DNA of 52,696 nucleotides from Verrucomicrobiales bacterium (GTDB lineage: Bacteria; Verrucomicrobiota; Verrucomicrobiia; Verrucomicrobiales; SLCJ01): contig JBJTQJ010000037.1 of the NCBI GenBank assembly GCA_046075565.1, forward strand, positions 1 through 52,696, written 5' to 3'. Each line of letters starts with the position of its first letter. Position 1 is the first letter of the stretch. The notes beneath the pieces were generated by a model, which was given only the letters and a program-made list of their open reading frames with translations, was not told where the DNA came from and did not search any database. A program made the position numbers and the translations under genes. Shown in pieces: positions 1-9,515 of this stretch.

Positions 1-170
1 ATTTTGTGGCCAGGGTGCGTATATCACCTGAATTTTAATTGACGCCGGGGTTGCTCAGGTGCGCGGCTGATATCACTCGTTCGACCAGCGAGCGGCTTTC
101 CAAGAGGTTTTACGCGGTGGCTTTGGAGGGTGGAATTTAGCGGGGTGCATAGCTGGACTCGGAAATGGGT

Positions 171-300
171 AACCACGGATGACACAGAATCCACGGATTA
201 TGAATGGATTATGAAGAAGTTGATTCCCGCTCTCTGGGTGAGAACTCCAATGTCACCGAGGTCTCTGAATATCCGTGTTTTATCCGTGCCTATCCGTGGT
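171..300. repeat. ~130-bp inverted-repeat element (AACCACGGAT...ATCCGTGGT type), copy 1
   Basis: Left arm AACCACGGATGACACAGAATCCACGGAT, right arm ATCCGTGTTTTATCCGTGCCTATCCGTGGT; homologous copy at 43530-43657. Confidence 0.8.
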
Positions 301-348
301 CCATTTTCCTTTCAAGATTAAGATTTTCTCGTGCTTCTCCTTGGCTGA

Positions 349-623
349 TCAGGGGCTTCAGGAAATCGGAAATCTGCAATTGGCAGTCATCAATCGTCAA
401 TGAAACTGCATTGCGGGCTTAAGCCCGAGCTCCAACGGGGAAGTCGTTGCCGAGCCGGACATGGCGTTGCTGGACACTGGAGATTGACGAATGATGGTTG
501 ACGATTTTTGAAGTTTGATTTTGTAGCCTCGACCCGTCACCTCAGGGTTTTCAGGAAATCGCAAATCAACAATCAACATTCGTCAATGAAACTGCACGAC
601 GGGCTAAAGCCCGAACTCCAACG
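349..623. repeat. Two imperfect direct copies (349-437, 542-623) of a composite unit: heptamer-like run plus REP-like palindrome CGGGCTAAAGCCCGAACTCCAACG
   Basis: Both copies read TCAGGG..TTCAGGAAATCG...CGTCAATGAAACTGCA..CGGGCT(T/A)AAGCCCGA(G/A)CTCCAACG; an inverted heptamer run ATTGACGAATGATGGTTGACGATTT lies at 483-507. Confidence 0.75.
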
Positions 624-686
624 AGCCGGATTCACGTGGTTCGATCAAACCACCGGCTTCTCTATCGCGGGAATTGGTCGGTTCTG

Positions 687-3600
687 TCAGTGTCCGCTAG
701 GCTCTGCTGCAGCCTCGCCGCCGGCGGGGGGAGTGATCTTGCGTCCGCTCAGTTTTTCGATGGCATAATAGCAAACCGGGATGAGGAAGATTGCGAGGAA
801 ACTGGCGGCGAGCATCCCGCCAATGACCGCGAAGCCCATGACCTGGCGGGAAAGCGCCCCCGCCCCGGCGGCTTTGGCCAGCGGCAGGCAACCGAGGATG
901 AAGGCGAACGAGGTCATGAGGATGGGGCGCAGGCGCAGGCGTGCCCCTTCGAGGGCGGCTTCCATGAGTTCCTTGCCTTTTTCATATTCCATCTTCGCGA
1001 ACTCCACGATGAGGATGGCATTCTTCGCGGCGAGGCCGATGAGCATGACCAGTCCGATCTGGGCGTAGATGTTGTTTTCGTATCGTCCGACAAATAGTCC
1101 GGCGAAAGCACCGAAGACGGCGATGGGGGTGCCGAGCAGAACGCTGAAGGGCAGCGACCAGCTTTCGTATTGCGCGGCTAGGATGAGGAACACGAACAAC
1201 AACGACATCGCGAAGATGGCCGAGGGTGGGACACCTTCCGCCGCCTTCTTCTCCTGGAAGGACATGCCGGAGTAATCGAAGCCCATCCCTTCGGGCATCG
1301 ATTGTTTGAAGACATCTTCCAGGACCTCCATGGCCTGGAGCGAGCTGGTTCCGGGCGCGGGGGTCACGTTCAATTGCACGGAACGGTAGAGGTTGAAGCG
1401 CTGGGTGAATTCGGGTCCGTTGGTTTGGTCGATGCGGGTGAGCGCGCTCAGCGGCACCATGTCGCCGTCCGCGTTCTTCACATGGAAGCGCCCGAGGTTG
1501 GCCGCGTCCGTCCGGTAGTCGCCCTCGGCTTGGAGGAAGACCTGCCATTGCCGTCCGAAGCGGTTGAAGTAGTTGATGAAATACCCGCCCATGAAGGCCT
1601 GGAGGGTCTGATAGACCGACCCCGGATCGATCTTCTGTTTGATCACCTTGTCGATATCCACTTTGACGAAGATTTGGGGCACGGTGGGGGAGAAGGTGGT
1701 GGTCACGCTGGCCAATTCCTGGCGTTGGCGTGCGGCGGCCATGAAGGCTTTGGTATTTTGCGCGAGGAAATCGATGTCCTTGCCCGCGCGGTCCTGGAGC
1801 ATGAAGGTGACACCGCCCGAGGTGCCGACGCCGGGAATGGCGGGCGGCGGGAAGCAGAAGGCGAATCCCTCCTGCACGCGCGAGAGCGCACCATTGATGT
1901 GTTTCTTGATGACCTCGTATTTTTCCTCCGGTGCGGTGCGTTCGCCCCAGTCTTTGAGGGTGATGTAGAAGAAGGCGTTGTAGCTGCTGGAGACCCCGCT
2001 GAGCAGGCTGTAACCATTGACGGTGGTGACATGCTCGACGCCGGGCGTGGCGCGCAGGATTTCCTCGACTTTCCGGCTGGCTTCGTCCGTGCGCTGGAGC
2101 GAGGCGGCTTCCGGCAGGGAGATGCCTGCGAAAAGATAGCCTTGGTCTTCATCCGGCAGGAACCCGCCGGGAAGCTTGCCATTGAGGGCGATCGTGCCCG
2201 CGACGAACGCGCCTAACAAAATTACTGCCACCAACGACTTGCGGATGAGCAAACGGCAGACGCCGACGTAACCGTCGGTGCAGCGGTCGAAAGCGCGGTT
2301 GAAGACGTCGAAGAATTTCTGCAGGGGTCCGGTGCCGCGCTTCTTGGGACGGAGCAGGAGCGCAGAGAGGGCGGGGGATAGGGTGAGCGCATTGAAGGCC
2401 GAGATGATCACGGAAATGGCGATGGTCACCGCGAACTGCTGGTAGAGCTGACCGGTGATCCCGGGAATGAAAATCGTCGGAACGAAAACGGCGCTGAGAA
2501 TGAGAGCGATGGCGATAACCGGTCCGCTGACCTCGCGCATGGCCTTGAAGGTCGCTTCCTTAGGTGAGAGTCCTTTTTCGATATGATGCTCGACGGCCTC
2601 GACGACGACGATGGCATCATCGACCACCAGACCGATGGCAAGCACCAGCCCGAACAACGAGAGCGTGTTGATCGAGAATCCGAGCATCGGAAAGATCATG
2701 AAGGTTCCGATGAGGGAGACCGGCACGGCGAGCAGGGGGATGAGGGTGGCGCGCCAGCCCTGCAGGAAGAGGAAAACGACGATGATGACGAGCACGACCG
2801 CTTCGAGGAGCGTGTGGGTGATTTCCTTCATGCCTTCGGTCACGGCCTTGGTCGTGTCGAGGGCGACGGTGTAGGTCAAGTCATCGGGGAAATTGCGGCT
2901 CAATTCCTCCATCAGTTTCCGCGCGCCTTCGGCAGCGGCGATGGCATTGGTGCCGGGCATTTGATAGAGAGCGACGCAGGCGGTGGGGCGGCCATCGAAA
3001 CGGCTCTCCATCGAGTAGGTTTGCGCGCCGAGTTCGATTCGCGCGACATCCTTCAGGCGCACGGTGCCGCCATCGGGATTGATGCGGATGACAATTTCCC
3101 CGAATTCCTCCTCGCTTTGCAGACGCCCTTGGGCGCGCACGGCGTAAGTGAACTCCTGTCCGGTGGGAACGGGTTCGGCTCCGATTTGGCCGGCCGGGTT
3201 CACGTTGTTCTGTTTCTGGACGGCGGAGAGGATTTCCGGGACGGTGATGCCGAGTTTGGCGAGGGCGTCAGGCCGGACCCAGAAGCGCATGGCATATTGA
3301 CCGGCTCCGAAAATGGTCACGCTGGCAATGCCGGGCACGCGGGTGAACTGGTCGTTGAGATTGATGTAGCAATAGTTCGCGAGGAAGCGGCTGTCGTGGG
3401 TGCCATTCGGGCTGCTGATGGCGAACAACAACAACGGGGAACTGGCCGCCTTCTGCACGGTGACGCCTGCTTTCGTGACATCGGGAGGAAGCTGGGAATT
3501 CGCCTGGCTTGCTCGCATTTGCGCCAAGATCTGATCGGTGTTCGGGTCGGTGCCGACTTTGAAATTCACCGTGAGGTTCATGGTCCCGTTATTGGCGTTG

Positions 3601-3842
3601 GTCGAGACCATGTAGTCCATGTTATCGACGCCGCTCATCTGCTGCTCGATGGGCGTGGCCACCGATTGTTCGATGGTGGTGGCATCGGCGCCGGTGTAGG
3701 TGGCTTTCACCTGTACTTGGGGCGGCACAATGTCGGGGAACTGCGCGATGGGAAGCCCGAGAATCGCGACCACCCCCAAGATGACCATGAGAATGGAGAT
3801 GACCATGGCCACGATGGGCCGGTTGATGAAAAAGGCGGCCAC
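687..3842 (-). CDS. Multidrug efflux RND transporter permease subunit (HAE1/AcrB family)
   Basis: 1051 aa; FFINRPIVAMV start; VVDDAIVVVE, AAKNAILIVEFA and RLRPILMTS proton-relay motifs. Confidence 0.97.
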   Translation of the reverse strand: MAAFFINRPIVAMVISILMVILGVVAILGLPIAQFPDIVPPQVQVKATYTGADATTIEQSVATPIEQQMSGVDNMDYMVSTNANNGTMNLTVNFKVGTDPNTDQILAQMRASQANSQLPPDVTKAGVTVQKAASSPLLLFAISSPNGTHDSRFLANYCYINLNDQFTRVPGIASVTIFGAGQYAMRFWVRPDALAKLGITVPEILSAVQKQNNVNPAGQIGAEPVPTGQEFTYAVRAQGRLQSEEEFGEIVIRINPDGGTVRLKDVARIELGAQTYSMESRFDGRPTACVALYQMPGTNAIAAAEGARKLMEELSRNFPDDLTYTVALDTTKAVTEGMKEITHTLLEAVVLVIIVVFLFLQGWRATLIPLLAVPVSLIGTFMIFPMLGFSINTLSLFGLVLAIGLVVDDAIVVVEAVEHHIEKGLSPKEATFKAMREVSGPVIAIALILSAVFVPTIFIPGITGQLYQQFAVTIAISVIISAFNALTLSPALSALLLRPKKRGTGPLQKFFDVFNRAFDRCTDGYVGVCRLLIRKSLVAVILLGAFVAGTIALNGKLPGGFLPDEDQGYLFAGISLPEAASLQRTDEASRKVEEILRATPGVEHVTTVNGYSLLSGVSSSYNAFFYITLKDWGERTAPEEKYEVIKKHINGALSRVQEGFAFCFPPPAIPGVGTSGGVTFMLQDRAGKDIDFLAQNTKAFMAAARQRQELASVTTTFSPTVPQIFVKVDIDKVIKQKIDPGSVYQTLQAFMGGYFINYFNRFGRQWQVFLQAEGDYRTDAANLGRFHVKNADGDMVPLSALTRIDQTNGPEFTQRFNLYRSVQLNVTPAPGTSSLQAMEVLEDVFKQSMPEGMGFDYSGMSFQEKKAAEGVPPSAIFAMSLLFVFLILAAQYESWSLPFSVLLGTPIAVFGAFAGLFVGRYENNIYAQIGLVMLIGLAAKNAILIVEFAKMEYEKGKELMEAALEGARLRLRPILMTSFAFILGCLPLAKAAGAGALSRQVMGFAVIGGMLAASFLAIFLIPVCYYAIEKLSGRKITPPAGGEAAAEPSGH

Positions 3843-3848
3843 GGGAGA

Positions 3849-5024
3849 TCAGGGAGCTTTGGTTGCGGCCGCGGGTTTCGCTTCAGCCGCTAACGCGGGC
3901 GGTGACCATGGTTTGGGCACGACGGTTGTGCCGGGTCGCGCTTTTTGCAGTCCTTCCACCACCACGCGTTCACCGGGTTTCAATCCGCTGGTGATCACCC
4001 ATTCGGTGCCGATGCGTTCGCCCGTTTTTACCGGACGGATTTCCGGTTTGTCTCCTTCGCCGATGATGACGAGATGGTAGGCCCCCTGAGTTTCGGTTAC
4101 CGCGCGCTGCGGCACGAGCAGGGCATCTTTTTCCGTTCGGATAACAGCGCGGAGACGTGCGAAGAGACCGGGGCGGAGTTTGTTGCCGGGGTTGGAGAAA
4201 TGGGTTTCCACGGCGAGGGTTCCGGTCTTCGGATCAATCTGCCGGTCGGCGGAGAGGAATTTCCCTTTTTCCGGATGCACGGAACCATCGGCGAGGATGA
4301 GTTCGAGGTCAGATGGGCGCTCCTCGAGCGGCATAGCCATCATGCGGTTGAGCAATTCTTCGCCGCGCAGGTATTCCTGTTCGCTTACCTGGAAGGTGGC
4401 TTTGATGGGATCCACGGTGGAGATTTTCGTGAGGTCGGAACCGGATGGACCGACCAGATCGCCGATACCGGGGTTCGAGATACCGATGATGCCTCGCACC
4501 GGGGCGGTGATGCGAGTGAACTCGAGGTTGATACGCGCCAGATCGACGGCGGCCTTGGCGGCTTGGACATTGGCTTTGGCGGCTTCGTTGTTCTGGACGG
4601 CCGCATCGCGATCTTGCTCGCTCACCGCTTTGCTGGCAAAAAGGGACACCTGGCGATTGGCATCCAGCTCGGCTTTCACCTGGATGGCTTCCACTTGGGC
4701 GAGCGATGCTTCGGCCTGCGCCAAGGACGCCGCGAAGGGGCGGGCATCAATCTCAAACAGGACCTCGCCCTCCTTGACCTCGGAGCCGGCCGTGTAGAGA
4801 ATCTTCGTTAGATATCCTTGAACCCTGGGCCGCACCACGACGTTTGCAGAACCATCCAGAGTGGCCAGCCATTCGCGGGTGATCGGCACGTCGCGTTGAG
4901 CGGGGGCGGTGACGAGCACCTCGGCTGGTGGCGGGGCGACATTCGCCTTCTCTGGTCCGGAACAGGCAGCGAGCAGGGCGGCAGTTGCCGCGGCGGCGAA
5001 GGAGAGGGGTCGGACGGAGTTCAT
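3849..5024 (-). CDS. RND efflux periplasmic adaptor (MFP), lipoprotein
   Basis: Start moved to MNSVRPL (ATG 5024); lipobox LAAC; ITAPVRGIIG, LRPGLFAR, GLKPGERVVVEG motifs; adjacent to RND permease. Confidence 0.95.
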   Translation of the reverse strand: MNSVRPLSFAAAATAALLAACSGPEKANVAPPPAEVLVTAPAQRDVPITREWLATLDGSANVVVRPRVQGYLTKILYTAGSEVKEGEVLFEIDARPFAASLAQAEASLAQVEAIQVKAELDANRQVSLFASKAVSEQDRDAAVQNNEAAKANVQAAKAAVDLARINLEFTRITAPVRGIIGISNPGIGDLVGPSGSDLTKISTVDPIKATFQVSEQEYLRGEELLNRMMAMPLEERPSDLELILADGSVHPEKGKFLSADRQIDPKTGTLAVETHFSNPGNKLRPGLFARLRAVIRTEKDALLVPQRAVTETQGAYHLVIIGEGDKPEIRPVKTGERIGTEWVITSGLKPGERVVVEGLQKARPGTTVVPKPWSPPALAAEAKPAAATKAP

Positions 5025-5111
5025 TGGGTGAGAAGGTAACTGGTTGCCTAACGCGCGTAACAGTTCGGCAGATTGCGCGATTTGACCAACAAAAAGTGCG
5101 GCGAGGAACAA

Positions 5112-5687
5112 TCAGGACTTTGTCAGCAACTTTCCTTCCTTGAGAAAGGTGCGGAGGTAAAGCACCCCGCTCAAGACGGTCGTTGCCCACGTGGCGTGGA
5201 AGAAGAAAATATGCGCCCATTCCCAGAGGTCCCAGTCAGCCACTTTCGACCAGCCCATTTCCCTTAATCCTGCGACACCGAGGATGATACAAACCAGCAC
5301 GATCTGCGCGATGGTCTTTAGTTTCCCCCAGATATCGGCCGCAATCACGATGCGGCTGCCCAATGCCAACATCCGGACTCCCGTGACGAGAAATTCGCGG
5401 AAAAGGATGAGGATGACAAACCACGCGGGGAGGAGCCGCTCTACGGCCAGCAGGACCATGGCCGCGCTAACGAGGATTTTGTCGGCGAGCGGGTCCATCA
5501 GTTTGCCAAAATCCGTGATCTGGTTGCGTTTCCGAGCCAGATACCCGTCCAGAAAATCCGTGATCGAGGCGATGAGGAAAAGCAGGAACGCCGTCCCGAA
5601 GGCATAGGGCCAGCGGAAGGAGAGCGCAATCACAAAGAGCACGCTCATGCCGATGCGGGTGAGGGTCAGGCAGTTCGGGAGATTCAT
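5112..5687 (-). CDS. pgsA: CDP-diacylglycerol--glycerol-3-phosphate 3-phosphatidyltransferase
   Basis: MNLPNCLTLTR start; CDP-alcohol phosphotransferase motif DGYLARKRNQITDFGKLMDPLADK. Confidence 0.93.
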   Translation of the reverse strand: MNLPNCLTLTRIGMSVLFVIALSFRWPYAFGTAFLLFLIASITDFLDGYLARKRNQITDFGKLMDPLADKILVSAAMVLLAVERLLPAWFVILILFREFLVTGVRMLALGSRIVIAADIWGKLKTIAQIVLVCIILGVAGLREMGWSKVADWDLWEWAHIFFFHATWATTVLSGVLYLRTFLKEGKLLTKS

Positions 5688-5834
5688 GGATGGAACCCTG
5701 CGAGCATGTCGGAATCACCGCCCCGCCGCAAACGAAATTTTTCCTTTGGCAGGCATTCTGATGAGCCCGGATTCGTCCATGCGGGCTAGCTGAAACCGTT
5801 TGCTCCAATCGCCGGAAAGGGCTTTGCTTGCCGG

Positions 5835-7085
5835 ATGAAGATCATCGTCGTCGGCAAAGGAGGCCGCGAACACGCCCTCGCCACCGCTCTTGCGGTCTCG
5901 CCTGGCCAGCACACGCTTTATTCTTTTCCCGGCAGTGATGCCATCGCCGCACTCGCCGAACGGGTGCCCGGCTCGGGTATGGATAGCCTGCTCGCCTGGA
6001 TTGAAACGGAAAGACCGGACCTCGTGGTGGCCGGTGAAGAGGCTTGGCTGGTGCAGGGAGAGGGGCTCGCCAATGTCTGTGAACGCCTCGGCATTCCTTG
6101 TTGGGGGCCACACAAGGCTTCCGCCCAATTGGAAGCGAGCAAGGAGTTCGCCAAGGAGTTCATGGTCCGCCACGACATTCCCACCGGCGGATATGCCAGC
6201 ACCGCTAGTTACGAAGAGGCCTTTGCGGCGATTGCCAACCGTTATCCGACGGTGCTGAAATTTGACGGGTTGGCTGCTGGCAAAGGCGTGGCCGTGTGCC
6301 CGGATGAGGCTTCGGCCAAGGAATTCCTTGATGTCGTTTTCACCCGCCGTCAATTCGGTGCCGGGCGTTTGCTCGTCGAGGAATTTCTCACCGGCCCGGA
6401 GATATCCATTTTCGCATCGGTGTGTGACGGCAAATACCATATCCTCTGCCCGGCCCGGGACTACAAACGCCTCGGCAACGGCGATGCCGGCCCCAACACC
6501 GGAGGCATGGGCGCGGTTGCCGGACGCGGTCTCGCCAGCATCGAGACGATCAAACGCATCGAGGATGAGATGGTGCGCCCCACCGTCGAAGGATTGGTTG
6601 CCGATGGTTTGCCGTATCGTGGATTTCTCTACTTCGGCATCATGCTCACGCCGGACGGCCCGAAGCTGCTCGAATACAACTGCCGCTTCGGTGACCCGGA
6701 ATGCCAGGCCGTGATGCCCCTCGTCTCCGGTGATTTCGCCGCCTATTGCCTCGCCGGAGCGAAAGGAGCGCTTGACCCCGCGCTCATTGATTTCTCCGAA
6801 GGCTGGAGCGTCGGAGTCGTGCTCGCCAGCGCCGGTTATCCGGCCACTTCCCGCAGCGGCGATCCCATCGCCGGGCTCGAGGCGGTATCGCCCGATTGCC
6901 GGGTCTATCACGCGGGCACTCGACTCGGTGAAAATGGTTACGAAACCAATGGCGGTCGTGTGCTTGCTGTCGTCGCCGGTGGCAGCACCCGCGGGGAAGC
7001 CGTGGCCCGCGCCCACGCCGAGGCGGCCAAGGTGGATTTCCGCGGCTCGCAGCGGCGCTCGGACATCGGCATCGCCGGATTCTGA
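5835..7085 (+). CDS. purD: Phosphoribosylamine--glycine ligase
   Basis: GKGGREHAL, DGLAAGKGV, DYKR..GPNTGGMGA, EYNCRFGDPE motifs. Confidence 0.97.
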   Translation: MKIIVVGKGGREHALATALAVSPGQHTLYSFPGSDAIAALAERVPGSGMDSLLAWIETERPDLVVAGEEAWLVQGEGLANVCERLGIPCWGPHKASAQLEASKEFAKEFMVRHDIPTGGYASTASYEEAFAAIANRYPTVLKFDGLAAGKGVAVCPDEASAKEFLDVVFTRRQFGAGRLLVEEFLTGPEISIFASVCDGKYHILCPARDYKRLGNGDAGPNTGGMGAVAGRGLASIETIKRIEDEMVRPTVEGLVADGLPYRGFLYFGIMLTPDGPKLLEYNCRFGDPECQAVMPLVSGDFAAYCLAGAKGALDPALIDFSEGWSVGVVLASAGYPATSRSGDPIAGLEAVSPDCRVYHAGTRLGENGYETNGGRVLAVVAGGSTRGEAVARAHAEAAKVDFRGSQRRSDIGIAGF

Positions 7086-7130
7086 AAAAACTAACCAATC
7101 TTCCTAACAACCTATATGCTCTAGAGCGGA

Positions 7131-7976
7131 TTGATTCTCAAACTCGCCTGTCCCGACCGGCCCGGTATCGTGGCGCGCATCGCCAGCCATGTGGCGGCCG
7201 TCTCGGGAAACTTGCTTGAGTTCTCCCAGTTCACTGACCGCGAATCCGACCGCTTTTTCGCGCGATTGGAAATCGACACGGCCGGACTCGAAGTGGAAGT
7301 CGATGACTTCATCCATGGATTCGGCACCCTCGGTCGTGCCTTGGAGGCCACATGGCATTTCCGGAAATTGCCTTACCTGATGCGCTCGGCTGTTTTGGTC
7401 ACCAATACCGATCATTGCCTGCATGAAATCCTCTGGCGCGCACGGTTGGGCGAGTTGCCGGTCGAAATCACCTCCATCGTCGGCAACCGCGAAACCTGCC
7501 GACCGGTCGCAGACGCAGCCCGACTGCCCTTTCATTTTCTTCCTATCGACCCTGCCGATCGCGACGCCGGATTCCAGAAGGTCCGCGACCAGTTGATCGC
7601 GGAAAAGGTCGAATTGATCGTGCTCGCCCGCTACATGCAGATCCTGCCCGATTGGTTCTGCCGCGAATTCTCGGGAAGAATCATCAATACCCACCACAGC
7701 TTTCTGCCCGCCTTCATCGGGGCCAATCCCTACCGTCAGGCGTATGAGAGGGGGGTGAAACTCATCGGCGCGACTTGCCACTATGTGACTTCCGATCTCG
7801 ACGCCGGACCCATCATCGAACAGACGGTTGAACGGGTGCAACACTATCATAGTGTCGCCGACCTCATCCGCCTCGGACGCGACTGCGAACGCTCGGCTCT
7901 CGCCCGCGGTATCCGCTGGCACGTGCATGACCGCACCATTATCGACGGCCACCGCGCCATCGTTTTTCCGGATTGA
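7131..7976 (+). CDS. purU: Formyltetrahydrofolate deformylase (start uncertain)
   Basis: ACT domain CPDRPGIVA; LARYMQIL, INTHHSFLPAFIGANPYRQAYERGVKLIGATCHYVT, DAGPIIEQ. Confidence 0.93.
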   Translation: MILKLACPDRPGIVARIASHVAAVSGNLLEFSQFTDRESDRFFARLEIDTAGLEVEVDDFIHGFGTLGRALEATWHFRKLPYLMRSAVLVTNTDHCLHEILWRARLGELPVEITSIVGNRETCRPVADAARLPFHFLPIDPADRDAGFQKVRDQLIAEKVELIVLARYMQILPDWFCREFSGRIINTHHSFLPAFIGANPYRQAYERGVKLIGATCHYVTSDLDAGPIIEQTVERVQHYHSVADLIRLGRDCERSALARGIRWHVHDRTIIDGHRAIVFPD

Positions 7977-8094
7977 GGGGAAATGGGGAAGCCTCGTGCC
8001 TCGCCACGAAAAGTGAGATATGCGAGCGGGCAAAAATGCTATTCACTTAGCACAAAAAGCGATGACGGTCTTCATTTCCGTAGCCCAACCCCGT

Positions 8095-8240
8095 GGGGCA
8101 AGAGCGAGACGCTCTTGCTACGGCTGGCACAGCGGACCGTGGTGATTTTCCCTGCGAGCAACCATCGGAATCGTAGCAAGACCGTCCCGGTCTTGCCGAG
8201 AAAACCGATTTCCGCGCTGTTGGCTCTTGTGCCAGCTAAA
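8095..8240. repeat. GTAG-type REP doublet (REPIN-like), copy 1
   Basis: GGGGCAAGAGCGAGACGCTCTTGCTAC ... GTAGCAAGACCGTCCCGGTCTTGCC AGAAAACCGATTTCC-like tail; reverse-complement homolog at 50745-50913. Confidence 0.8.
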
Positions 8241-8319
8241 CGGCATGGGAACTATCAAGCTGTGACTTTCGACCGCCCGGAATGACGTGTATATTCGACC
8301 CGCCCTCCTCGGTTTCCCC

Positions 8320-9120
8320 ATGCCTTTCTCCTTCCAACCTGTTTCCGCCCTCGTGTTGCGGTATCTTTTCCTTTACACGCGTCATCCGGTGCGGTTTGTC
8401 GAACTGATCTTCTGGCCGCTCGTGGATCTTCTGGTCTGGGGTTTCCTGACCATGTATCTGCAGAAGCAGGGCGGCGCTTTCCCGATGGGGATAGGCTTCC
8501 TCATTGGCGGCATGATTCTCTGGGATGTTCTCTTTCGCTCGCAGCAGGGAGTGGCCATCTCGTTCCTCGAGGATGTGTGGACGAGGAATCTGCTCAATGT
8601 CTTTGTGGCTCCGGTTCGGACCATCGAATACGTGGCGGCGACCTGCCTGGTTGGTGTCCTGCGTGTGCTGGTCACCCTGATCGTGCTCGCCATCGTGGCT
8701 GCGGCCGCCTATGGGTTTGAATTGCACGCTCTGGGATGGTCGTTGTTGCCGTTCCTCGGAAATCTCATGATCTTTGGCTGGTCGCTGGGATTGGTGTCAA
8801 CCGCGCTCATCATGCGTTGGGGTCAAGCCGCCGAGAGCCTGGCCTGGGCGGTGCCGTTCTTCATCCAACCATTGGCTTCGGTCTTTTATCCCGTGGCGGT
8901 TCTGCCCGCGTGGTTGCAGCCCGTGGCCATGGCTTTGCCATGCACGCCGGTATTCGAAGGGATGCGCGCGGTGCTCGGAGGTGCTCCCATGCCCTGGCCG
9001 ATGCTAGCTCAGGCCTTCGTGCTCAATCTCATCTGGGGCCTTGCCGCCGCGTTCTTTTTCGCTGCGAATCTACGGCATGTCCGGCGCACGGGTTTGCTCG
9101 TGAAAATCGCCACGCATTGA
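8320..9120 (+). CDS. ABC-2 type transporter permease
   Basis: About six hydrophobic segments; SFLEDVWTRNLLNVFVAP and FYPVAVLPAWLQ motifs; start at MPFSFQ. Confidence 0.85.
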   Translation: MPFSFQPVSALVLRYLFLYTRHPVRFVELIFWPLVDLLVWGFLTMYLQKQGGAFPMGIGFLIGGMILWDVLFRSQQGVAISFLEDVWTRNLLNVFVAPVRTIEYVAATCLVGVLRVLVTLIVLAIVAAAAYGFELHALGWSLLPFLGNLMIFGWSLGLVSTALIMRWGQAAESLAWAVPFFIQPLASVFYPVAVLPAWLQPVAMALPCTPVFEGMRAVLGGAPMPWPMLAQAFVLNLIWGLAAAFFFAANLRHVRRTGLLVKIATH

Positions 9121-9148
9121 ACCCTGAATCGCAGGCTAAGCGCAGCAA

Positions 9149-9484
9149 TCAATACCTCGGCACGGACGGATCGACTTCCAAGGACCATGCTTCGATACCT
9201 CCGGCCATCGATTGCACGGCGGTGTAGCCTTGTTGGCGGAGAAAACGGGTGGCCCGAAGCGACCTCATGCCATGGTGACAATGGATCACGATGGCGGCAT
9301 CTTTCTGGGTGGGGAAAGCATCGGGAAAAGCCGACGACCATGTGCTGAGCGGCACAAGTTTCGCGCCTTCGATCCGCGTGGTGGCGTGTTCGTCCGATTC
9401 GCGACAATCCAGCAGGAGGATTTTTCCGTCGGAAAGCAAACGCGAGGTCTCGGCGACCGAGATTTCTTCAGGGACTTCGCTCAT
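9149..9484 (-). CDS. Rhodanese-like domain protein
   Basis: LLDCRE, HCHHGMRS active-site loop, GGIEAWS..VDPSVPRY C-terminus. Confidence 0.92.
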   Translation of the reverse strand: MSEVPEEISVAETSRLLSDGKILLLDCRESDEHATTRIEGAKLVPLSTWSSAFPDAFPTQKDAAIVIHCHHGMRSLRATRFLRQQGYTAVQSMAGGIEAWSLEVDPSVPRY

Positions 9485-9515
9485 GACTCCAAGGAAGTGG
9501 CAACGTGAAGATGGG

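Noticed and set aside
171-623. CRISPR array
   Set aside because: Only two diverged copies per motif, no regular repeat-spacer period, and no cas genes
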